Shown in pieces: positions 53,409-64,000 of a DNA stretch of 64,000 bases. The stretch lies in assembly GCA_028023455.1 (NCBI GenBank), contig JAQFVV010000003.1, positions 19,778,001 through 19,842,000 on the forward strand, written 5' to 3'. The translations under genes were made by a program, and so were the position numbers. Under the pieces are notes generated by a model. It was not told where the DNA came from. It saw nothing but the letters and a program-made list of their open reading frames with translations, and made no database searches. The stretch comes from Epiperipatus broadwayi (taxonomy: Eukaryota > Animalia > Onychophora). Position 1 is the first letter of the stretch. Every line of letters begins with the position of its first letter.

Positions 53409-54819
53409 CAATTCCTCTGTGATCTGTAAGACACCAATCCAAAAAAGATGTTTTCAAAAGAATATTTTCAGGACATCTAGCAAAGACGTGATCAATAAGT
53501 GAAGATGTAACACGTGTAGGATGAAATAAACATTGAATAAATCCAAAAAGTGACAGCATATTTAAATAATGTTGAGCAGCAACAGAAATTTCACCAGAAA
53601 TATCAATGTTCAAGTCACCAACAAGAATAATGAATTTATCATTTAATTTAGTAAGCAAATCTCCAAGTTCATCACTAAAGCTTTCAACTGTATGACTGCA
53701 AGACCTATACAGAGCAATAAGTGTTAATTTGTCTGAACCTAAAATAAAATTTAAAACAAGACATTCAGAAGAATCAAAAACTGCATCAAAAGAAGTCACA
53801 CAAAGCACTGATTTATAATAAACTAAAACTCCACCTGACCTATTATTAATTCTAGAATTAATAATTGATGTATATCCCTCTAACTCATACAGTCCTTTTT
53901 CACATTCCTTAATCCAGATCTCAGACAAAATTATAATATCAAATGAATAATGAAGTGAATGTAAAAGAATTAACAACTCATCAAAGTGTTTCCTCACACT
54001 ACGAATATTTATATGAAAAGACAAATCCGATTCAGAACCAATCCTAAAAGCCCTATCCCCAGTATCTTTCCTCAACCAAATTTTCCCATCTTTAATCCAA
54101 ACAAACCTATACTTATTTTCTTTAGCCATTGAACGAACTTTCCAAAATAATTTCCTATTTTCAGGCAACAAATCTTCATTCAAATATATACGCTTATCAG
54201 TTGCAGCAATAGGCAAAACATCAGATAGATATAATTTAATTCTTTTACCTCCTAACAAGAATAAATCTCTTACCATTTTACTAACAAAATTAACTTTTAT
54301 TACAGGCCTAAAACTACCTCCATATTTTAATCTATAAATAGAATTAATATAATTTTTATTAAAGTCTGACAATTCCAATTTTTGTGCTATATTTTCAACA
54401 ATATTAAATACATTTTCATCATTAGCATATTCAACACCAACAATTTCAATACTGTTTTCTAATCTTTGCTGCTTTAAATAAAAAACTTCTTTTTGCAAAT
54501 TGCATAACAAAGAATCTTGTGCTTTTACTTTTTCTTTCATTTCATTAAATTCTCTAATCAATATTTTTATATTATTTTGAACTAATCCAAGTTCTAAAGT
54601 AAGTTTAGCAAAAGATTGAGATAAGGAATCAATATTATTCTGTAAAACAGGCAGCATATCAAGTTTTCTATTCATCTGCTGAAGTAATTCAAGACTAGAA
54701 TTATTATCTAAAGAATTAGATAAGGAATCAGAACTAGATCCATCATTTAAAGTCAAATTTAAATTAGTTCCTACTCTACAATTTTTACACCTCCATAATG
54801 CTTTATTTGTAGATGACAT
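53368..54819 (-). pseudogene. CR1 ORF1 (PHD end, coiled coil, RRM/CTD-like) fused in frame to the APE endonuclease
   Basis: WRCKNC…IYLNEDL…FVWIKDGKIW…SESDL runs directly into SFHINIRS…LSEIW…GGVLVY…GDLNID…PTR…IDHVF…DH; the PHD N-half lies in ORF 54771-54965 (frameshift). Confidence 0.88.
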
Positions 54820-55269
54820 ATTTTTTCACTTACTGTAGTACATTTAAAACGAACATTCCCATTACAACCCAGACAAGTTATAAAATTTCCACCAAAAGGA
54901 AGAGCTAAATGACAAGAATTACATTTATCTATAATAATAATAAAAACCTTAAGTTTTAAAACCAAACAAACAAAAAATAAAATTAAAACTAATTAAATTC
55001 CAACAGAGATTAAAAAGTAAGATAATTAAGAATCTAAAGTAAAGATAAAAAAAAAATCAAAAAAAATAAAATAAATCAATTAATTAAAAAAAAAAAAATC
55101 AAAAAGAATAAAATAAATCAATTAATTAAAAAAAAAAATTCCAACAAAGATAAAAAACTAAGATAAAAAATAAATAAATTCTAAAACAAGATAAAAAAAA
55201 AAGGCTACTTAAAAATAAGTTAAAACAAATCAATAAATAAAAATTGAAATATAAAACCATTAGAAGAAG

Positions 55270-55830
<561 letters not shown>

Positions 55831-56669
55831 GATTAATATTTTATTTGAGTTTTATCATGAAATTGCAGAAAATTAGAGTAATATGAAAAAGAAGGGGTGT
55901 TAGAATTGTAAAAATATTGCATAGAATAGCTGATAAAAAGTTAGTTAATTAAAAAAAATTAAGTAAAAAAGAAGAAAAAACTGAACTAAATACAATCTCA
56001 GATTTCAAATATTAAGAAAAATATTGAAGAAAATATACTTTCTTCATATCAGATAAAAAATTTTATATAGCTAATGTAGAAGCAAAACTACGAAAATTTT
56101 TCATCCTTTCACTAACAAAAATCAACTTAAGTTAATCATAAAAAGAATCTGATGGGATTTAATTGCAATTATTTTCTATGACCAGTATAAATAAAGGTAA
56201 ATCATGAGCTTTCCTACCAGAAGTAAAAAGTGCAGCTTATGGTATTTTTGTTTTAACAATGGTCAGATGGCAGCTGAGGACTACTGCCTGAAGAAAAATA
56301 TATAAACCAACTTATGACTGAAAAAATTTCCAATGTTCACATATGTCAGATTTGAATTTCAGATATTTGACATAATAGACTCATGAACCAACCACTAAAC
56401 CATAGATCCTTCTACAAAATATTGAGAAAGAAAAAAAGTGTTGGGGGGAGATAAAATATTATTAGATGATTTTAAAAAGGCTAGTATGCATAATTATTTA
56501 AAAAAGGGAGCATACATAAACTTTTTTTTTTTAAAAAAAGCAGCAATTGAGATACATAAAACAAATCATCATCCCAATTTATTTAAATTCCAAACATGCT
56601 AACAGTTGAATAGTATTTATAATGATTACAATTATTAGTTAGTTATATATTACATTAGGTTTATTTTAC

Positions 56670-56802
56670 CTCATTAATTGTAAGAAGTTCAAAGTGATCA
56701 ACTTCACCATCTGCATTACATGGAGTAAAATCTTCTGGCAGTTCCAGATCAAACACAAATTGAGCTTCGGGAAATAAACCCCGTTCATCTTCAAAGAAAT
56801 AT
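56670..56802 (-). CDS. Nudix hydrolase internal exon
   Basis: TTTTATAG|…|GTAAAA; (S)YFFEDERGLFPEAQFVFDLELPEDFTPCNADGEVDHFELLTINE, with the family-typical DLELP…DGEV motif; phases 2/0. Confidence 0.93.
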
Positions 56803-58336
56803 CTATAAAATATAATAAAAATGCAATTTGATATTTACTAAATATCTTAAGGTTACAAAGAAAATTAAATTATGTAAAAAAAAATGTCAATAATTAAATT
56901 TAAATCTATGTGGAGCATAGGTCTTCGAGTACTTCTAAATGAAAATCACATGATTAAATGGAAAAAATGAATACTGATAAGTTTCTTTTTCATAAAATAT
57001 TATTAAATGTTAGTTCATTTTTTGCATTAGTTGTTTGTAGTAGTAAATAGTTCTAAACAAAATAAATAAAAATTGATACACATATAAAAACAAATCTCTC
57101 TTATTTTTTTCTCTATATAAATGATTCTTGTGGTATACTGGTTTGAATGGTCAGATAGCTGATGACTTTTAAATATGCTTCAGATTTTTTTCAGGCAGAC
57201 AGCCCACAATCGATTCAATTAATTACTCCATTATTGGTTACTAAATGAGTACCTAGCTATTTTTATTTAAAGGTTGATATTAACAAAAAATACCATGCAC
57301 AACTATCATCAATTAGCAAATTAGGCTAGTAAATAATGTCTTTATTATTCTTCCATGGGGAAAAGAGGACTGAAAAACTTTTTCACAGCAATGGACTATT
57401 TAATGATGTTTCATCTCTTACATATATCTCCCAACTCATACATTTGTACCGAAAATATACACATCTCTCTTTACAATTTAGTATATTTTGAACATTTTGG
57501 CAACATAAAATAGATAGTTTGAGTTCTCATGTTATACAATTTTTGGCCAAGATGAATCATTAGCCTCAAATCAATACATCTACACACTATGAAAATATAA
57601 TGAGAACTATTCTTAATGTGAAAGTTACTGAAACAGGCAAAACTCTCTATACATATTGCCACTCAGTTATAAGCAAGCATAAGAAATGGTGATTGTGTGA
57701 TGAAATGAACCTATAATTGTCCTTACCTTGCATAAACTGTTTAATATTACATAATTTGTTTAAATGCAATATAAATTACAAGTATGTTTACTAACAATTT
57801 TCACACTTTGAAAATAGGTGTTTTGAGTTCTAATATACCCGATGAGAATAGTAATTTATCTTATTTAAACAGGGATAGTATAAGAGCTCAGATTATTTAT
57901 TTTATGTTACAATAGCAGTTGTTCAAAATATAATAAACTTTAAATTTCATCTTGGAAAAAACCTAGGAATTCCTATTATTTATTATAATCAATCCCTGTG
58001 CATTTATGAAGTTTAATCTATGCATTAGAAAAAGAAAAAAATATTACAGACAATTAAAAAGTCTTGAAATCTTCATGATAAACTATTATATTATTGCTAT
58101 CATGAGAGAAGTATATATGAAATATTGTAAACACATAAGCAATTGAATCAGTATTACCCACAATTTCAGTTATTAGAATTTATAAAATAATGGTTAATAA
58201 ATACCTACAGCATTCAAATTGAAATATATGAGCAAACATATGTTAAAAAAAATTAAAAATCAAAATAAGCTCAGGTAATAAATATTAAGACTAGATTAAT
58301 TTTAAAAGGATAATAGATCAAAGTGATATAACTTAC

Positions 58337-58455
58337 GAGATACTGCCTACTGGTCTAAGATTTTCTAAAAGACAATCAGGCACGGATGCTTCTTCCTGGC
58401 ATTCTTTAAAAGCACATTCAGTGATACCTAGTCCTACAGATAGACCTCCTCCAGC
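58337..58455 (-). CDS. Nudix hydrolase exon containing the Nudix box
   Basis: TTTTGCTGTAG|…|GTAAGT; AGGGLSVGLGITECAFKECQEEASVP…GSI(S). The four exons total 405 nt = 134 aa + stop. Confidence 0.93.
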
Positions 58456-61079
58456 CTACAGCAAAAAAAAAACAAACAAACAAACAAGGTATCAAAAAGG
58501 AACTATATGATCAATGACGGGAAGATCAGTGATATTTACACACCAAAGAGACATGTTCAGCACAAAAGTTGGATTAAGTTTCCAAAATAGACCTTTTTCC
58601 CCTCAGCAGAGAATGATTTATATATATATTGGAGTTTTACAACCATATTTAAAAAATTAATATAATACATTTTAAAGTTACTACTAAATATTTCTGAACA
58701 TCTTTTTAAAGATCGACTTTAACTTGTATGGCTTAATACTATTGCAGAATACTGGACTCATGAGATAAAAGTCCCTGGATCAAAGCTCAACCTGACATTT
58801 TTAATGCTCAATGACACAAGATCTCGAGCGATGAACCATTTTATTATTTTTTTTATTAAGATTACTTTTGTCATATTGAGGCAATAAATCTTTCAGTATC
58901 CTTATTGGTAAGTGGCACAAAGCATGAAGTAGTCAATTCATTCATTCTAATGAGACTTTGTTTGCATTCTAAGCAGTAAAAAAAAAACATTACCATACTT
59001 TTTGTATGGATTGTGATTTAGAAACCATTAATCTGTCTAAAATAAAACCTCCCTGATGGCCAATTCAATGTATATATGCTAAGATGTAATCCAGAAACCA
59101 CTTATAAAGGATTAAAGTTGAAAGACTGCAAGACATAAAAATTAAAGAAATCCATTTGTAAAAGATATAATCTCTTAGGGGAATACAATAAATTGTACTA
59201 ATTTTACTCACTTGTATTGAAATAATCTAAATGATTATTATGTTGTCTGCTAGTAAAAGAAATTTACTCTTGTAAATACTTTCTAAACTTATACATAAAC
59301 ATGTTGTAAATAGTATTCAAATGATTCACATGTATTTTAGCAGTCTCATGAGCTAATGCTTCTTGAATTGATTATCATTTGAGAAAAAATTTTTCTCCCC
59401 AATTTGGTCAAATAAATGAAATTATTGCACCCAGCCTGGCAATTGACTTCCTAAATAATTGACCAGCTATGGTTCATAATAGTATTTAAATAAACTTTAG
59501 TTTCACATAGAAAAAAATATAATGCTAGTATATTTAAGGAAAAAGTGTGTTTGAAAATAGTTTGTTTATTTATTTATTTGTACACAAAAATCAAAGAATA
59601 AAATAAAATGGGAAAAAACATGTATTTACATTAGATACTATTAATTTTTATAATATCTTATTAACCATAAATTTTCAAGGCTATAAAAAATATTATTTAC
59701 ATCTTTTTTTCTTTTCACTGGAGAAAATGTATTATTATTATAATAATTGATATTTTGATGATATTCAAATGATCATCAGAGCTATAAGAACATCACAAAG
59801 AAAAATTGAAAATGATAAATAATAAATATATAAATAAATCTAAAAACATTACTTTTTTTAAGCTAATTATATTTAAATCTTTTGTATTAATCAATAAAGT
59901 ATATCATATATTAAAAGTTCCATAAAACTTTAAAATGGACATTGTATATATTTGTATAATTCTGAATGCTGAAATTTTTAATGTTTGTATAGATTCATTT
60001 ATACAATTATTATTTATCATTTTCACATTTAATAAATAATAATAATGCTTGGGAGTTCATGAGAAGTTTGAGCACTAAAAGTGATAAAGCTGTGATCTAT
60101 GGATCTTGAGCTCGATGGTCTACTTTTCTAATTGTAATAAACCATGCAGGATTTCATATTTAACTTTCTTTTGTGATATTCTTTATAGTTAGTTTTGAAA
60201 ATGACCAACTAAATTTGATTGAAAAATCAATTATGACAGTAATTAATTTTTACAATGAAAAGAAAAAATAAATAATTAAACTTTTCTATAATCTTCATAA
60301 TTTGTATTTCTTTATAAATGGAAATATATAATGAAATGTAATAGAAGGTTTTAATATGTGAATATGTGTGTTAAATATATAATAATGATGTAAATTTTAC
60401 ACTTCTAATTTTAAGTTTTTTTAATTAGAATTTTTTTTGATACTTAAGAGATGATTGGAGAATCTAAATTGAATTTTTTGTATTAAATTCTGTATTTAAT
60501 AAAATGTTAGATTGGAATTCTTGTAGTCTCAAACTATTTTTTTAAGTAGGATTATTTAATTTTAGACAAAGCTGCAGCCATTATTTTCATCTTTCTTAGT
60601 GATAATTTCACAAAATTCAATACTTTAATCATTTTAGAAGACCAGATTGGAATAGTGAAGCTGTAAATGATCTATTAATTATTGCTTATTACATAAACAC
60701 TAACAATTTTTAATAGTTTAGAGAGTTATTCCTATTAATTCTGGTTTCCATACTGATAGAAAAAGTTTCTCGGAGGTAAACTTCACCTGATGAAAATGTG
60801 TATCCGCATATTTCATAGATATAGATACTTTCAAGATTTTGTATGAGTATACTTTGAGACTATTATTATGAAGAGTTTACTCATCTATACCACAACTGAA
60901 ATTTTCATATTGGTGATTATAAAAATAAAAAATATGAGAAATCCAATATTGGAAAAATTAAGTGTCTTATGAATAATTAAAATTAGATGTATTGTATTTA
61001 ATGTTTATCTAATAAGAACTATAAATTGTAAATAATCAGCAAGTCATTTTAAAATCTCACCAGCATAATTTAAAACCAA

Positions 61080-61747
61080 TATTGATCCACTGCAGAATGG
61101 TCTCTCTCTTCTCCTATTTCTAGTCTCTCTTCTCCACATCATCCCAGCACACTTCCTTATTTCATCCATCCATTTCCCATATGGTCTCTTTCTAAATCTT
61201 TTATAATTTCTTGGTAATGAATTTAAAATTTCAGCTGTCCATCTATTATCATCTCTTCTAACAATATGTCCAGCTCAACTCCACTTCAGTCTCTTAATTC
61301 TTTTAATGATGTCAGTAACACCTGTTTGTTCTCTCATCCATGTATTTTGTTTTCAATCTCTTCTTGTTAGTCCTAACATACACTTCTCCATGGTCTGAAG
61401 TTTCTGTATTGCTGATCTATTAAGTATCCAAGTCTCAGATCCATAAGTATGAACTGATAACCCCACTTATTAAAAACAAGCACATAGGCATATTTCCTTT
61501 TAATATTAAATTATTTCTACCAAAAGCATTCCAAACAAGTTTAATTCTATGATTGATTTCATCCATTATGCTTCCATCTGTACTAATAATCTGATTAAGA
61601 TATTTGTAGTTTTTAATTTCTTCTAATTCATCATTATCAATCTTTATTTTCTGTTTTTGAGAAAATCCATAAAACATTATTCTAGTCTATTTAACATTTA
61701 CCTTTAATTCTACTTTCATCTGATAACTCTTGCAATATTTCCTGAAG
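61080..61747 (-). mobile_element. RTE-clade LINE 3' fragment
   Basis: ORF 61435-61677: LEEIKNYKYL…STDGSIMDEINHRIKLVWNAFGR; 3' end resembling the RTE …CTGCAGTGGA terminus. Confidence 0.8.
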
Positions 61748-61755
61748 ATCTAAAG

Positions 61756-62155
61756 CAGGGGTCCCCAATCCTATGCCCGTGGGCACCATGGCGCCTGCAG
61801 ACCATTTTACGTGTGCCTGCCGCTAACCAAACACGATAAAAAATTATTTATCTGATACAAATAAATTTAATTTTTAAAATTTCTTATAAATTATTGTATT
61901 ATATTGTAATCAAATTGTAGGGCATACTATACTTTTACAGCGTAAAAATATAAACGTTAATTATATGTTAAAATTTCATTTTTGAAATAAATGTTTTTTT
62001 GTACATTATGTGTATTATTAACAATATCCAACTATAAATTTGCATTAAAAAAAATAAATGGTGCCCTCCATCTGGTTGAAAAAAATAAATGGTGTTTGCC
62101 ACCTGGTCAGTATTATAGAATGTGCTCTTAAGTGCAAAAAGGTTGGGTACCCCTG
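61756..62155. mobile_element. hAT (Charlie/Buster-type) MITE
   Basis: CAGGGGTCCCCAA…TTGGGTACCCCTG TIRs; perfect 8-bp TSD ATCTAAAG (61748-61755, 62156-62163), close to the NTCTAGAN preference. Confidence 0.92.
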
Positions 62156-62170
62156 ATCTAAAGCATAATG

Positions 62171-62697
62171 TAATATTTAAAAACAAGTATATTGTCTATA
62201 TTGAATTTAATGTAATTAGAAGATTTGTACTCAGACTTTCAAACTCCTACAGCTATTCACTCACAACCAATACACTTGACACATACATGTGAAAAAGAAA
62301 AATGATTTCCAATATATCAACACTTATCAGTTGGTCCAGATCATCATCTCCCACACCCATATATAATCATTACTCAGTTTATATTAATATAGCAAATCTT
62401 CAAACTTTGGGTGTTCCATTATCAGATTTTCAATGATATGGATGACTGAAGAGTTGGAAAGTGGAGAAGATTGAACCCCATCCATTAGAGTTTGAAGATT
62501 TGCTATCTAAATACAAACTGAGCAAAGATTATTATGTATATGTGGGAGATGATGATCTGGGTCAAATGATGAGAGCTGGCTCAGCACAAAATACATATAT
62601 TGGAGATCATTTATCCTTTTCACATGTACATAGTCATGTGTATCAGTTGTAGAAGTGGATAATTGTAGAGAGCTTGAAAGTCTGAGTTCAAATCCCT
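62171..62697. mobile_element. Family A hammerhead repeat, fourth inverted pair with 14-bp TSD
   Basis: TCTAAAGCATAATG at 62157-62170 and 62698-62711; left-arm hammerhead partly deleted, right-arm motif at 62552-62610. Confidence 0.88.
62552..62610 (+). ncRNA. Family A hammerhead motif, mutated core
   Basis: GTCAA ATGATGA GAGCTG GCT CAGCAC AAAA TACATA TA TTGG AGATCAT. Confidence 0.55.
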
Positions 62698-64000
62698 TCT
62701 AAAGCATAATGGAAACTCATATTCATTGGTTCTTTTTATAACTTCTCTGAATACTTGGATATGATCCACTGTATTAAAACCACTTTTAAATCCAGCTTGT
62801 TCTTTAGTTTAGTTAAAATCCAAAGTTCGCTATTGTACGGTTAGCTTTTAATCTGATTGGAACCAGTCTTCATTCACAGTGCATTATTCACCAAATTAAA
62901 CTCATCTAATATATAAATTAATATTAATGGATAGTTGAAGGTGTATTCTCATTTAGATGATAAACACACACATATATATATAGTGTACCGTTTATTTATA
63001 TATGGTACAAATATACTGGCATTTGATAAAAGCTAAAAGAAAAAGTAAATTAGCGATATTATTAAAAGATGCAATTAAAATTTTTTTTTAGTTTGTATAA
63101 ATTTTTTTTTTTAAAACATATAATGAAAGTTACATTTTTCGTTCTTTTTTTTTTTTTATGTAATTAAAAATAAAAGTTAAAATTGGAAAGAATAAAAGAC
63201 ACGCAGATTACTAATCCAAATAAACTAAAGGAAAGAGAATTCCACACGCAGATTACAATCAGTAAAATCTTTTTGGAAGGTAATTAAAGATGGCGGAATT
63301 ATGCTTAAAAAAAAAAGAGTTTGTAACTTAAATTTAAAAAAGAATGTACAAGATTATTATCTTGTATGTTGATAAAAGGACAAAAGAAAATATGCGCAGA
63401 AGTCTGAAAACTGGATCTCTAATATAAAAGGAAAAATGCCAGTGTGATGAGAGGCTTGTCTTTCTTTTGGCTGGTTTTGGATCATGATATCCAGGACCAC
63501 TCTACACGGAAATAATTCTTCATGCTGGAGTGGACCGAAGCTTTTGACATCCTTCATCATGAAGATGTAGACTCCAGAAAAGCTTTCGTGACTAGCGTTT
63601 AGAACCAGGATCAAGAACATAATGGCCACGAGCTCATTCTACCTCATGAAAAACTATGCATGGTAATCAACAATCTCTGTAAACTCGCTAAACTTACCGG
63701 TAAGCTAAAATTTAACTATTCCTGATTGTGACTAAATTAAGTGTTTGCAAACAATTCTCTAATAAGCTTATCACTTAAAAAATCTAAGTGTAATATAAAC
63801 TGTTTTAATTAATTGATTCATGTCTGGATTAGCATGCGTGTAGTCTTTCCAACTTATTAGTAATTTATCTTTAAATATTTTAATTTGTTAGAATAAAATA
63901 TTTATTTCTAATATTAACTTTTCATTGTACGTTATTAATGTTAGTTATTAAATTTATTAATGTTAGTTTATTAGGATTTGAGTGCATAATTTACCTTGCC

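Larger units (their letters stand above)
51027..55260 (-). mobile_element. Near full-length CR1-type LINE (ORF1 PHD/coiled-coil/RRM-like, APE, RT, 3' stem-loop, (AAATT)n tail)
   Basis: ORFs 54771-54965, 53368-54819, 51403-53289, 51147-51392; 3' stem-loop CTCC…TGAT-TTATTT-ATCA…GGAG (51061-51090); T-rich repetitive 5' UTR. Confidence 0.93.

Noticed and set aside
58630-58690. Candidate upstream Nudix exon ending N-M-V|GT
   Set aside because: The upstream frame (SNFKMYYINFL) is intron-like and lacks the expected PG.xDN context; weak donor.
63357-63629. 90-aa minus-strand ORF as a gene
   Set aside because: No recognisable motif or splice context, and it does not fit the missing Nudix N-terminus.

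Overview
Strongly AT-rich eukaryotic genomic DNA, probably an insect (inferred from element types, long introns and CpG decay); it is not prokaryotic. One host gene is supported: four minus-strand coding exons (58337-58455, 56670-56802, 36584-36680, 27062-27117). They splice in frame to the C-terminal 134 aa of a Nudix hydrolase of the yeast YJR142W / plant NUDT20-24-like type; the 5' exons were not found in the window. The rest is transposon-derived or simple sequence: a decayed Ty3/gypsy element with a probable 1.8-kb 3' LTR, a probable solo LTR, a near full-length CR1-type LINE with ORF1 fused in frame to the endonuclease, two L1/Tx1-like 3' fragments, RTE, mariner, Tc1 and hAT remnants, two hAT MITEs with perfect 8-bp TSDs, a perfect (TAA)185 tract and a 4.5-kb purine-skewed cryptic-simple tract. 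The main result is a set of short non-coding repeats carrying type I hammerhead-ribozyme motifs, in three unrelated families with 13 motif copies (10 in one ~460-bp family). They occur as tandem arrays and as head-to-head inverted pairs, two of them flanked by 14-bp TSDs. A fourth insertion has the same architecture (342-nt circularly permuted unit, 15-bp TSD) but no recognisable hammerhead. This looks like a retrozyme / non-autonomous Penelope-like system. All structure calls were made by eye; no alignments, folding or database searches were run.
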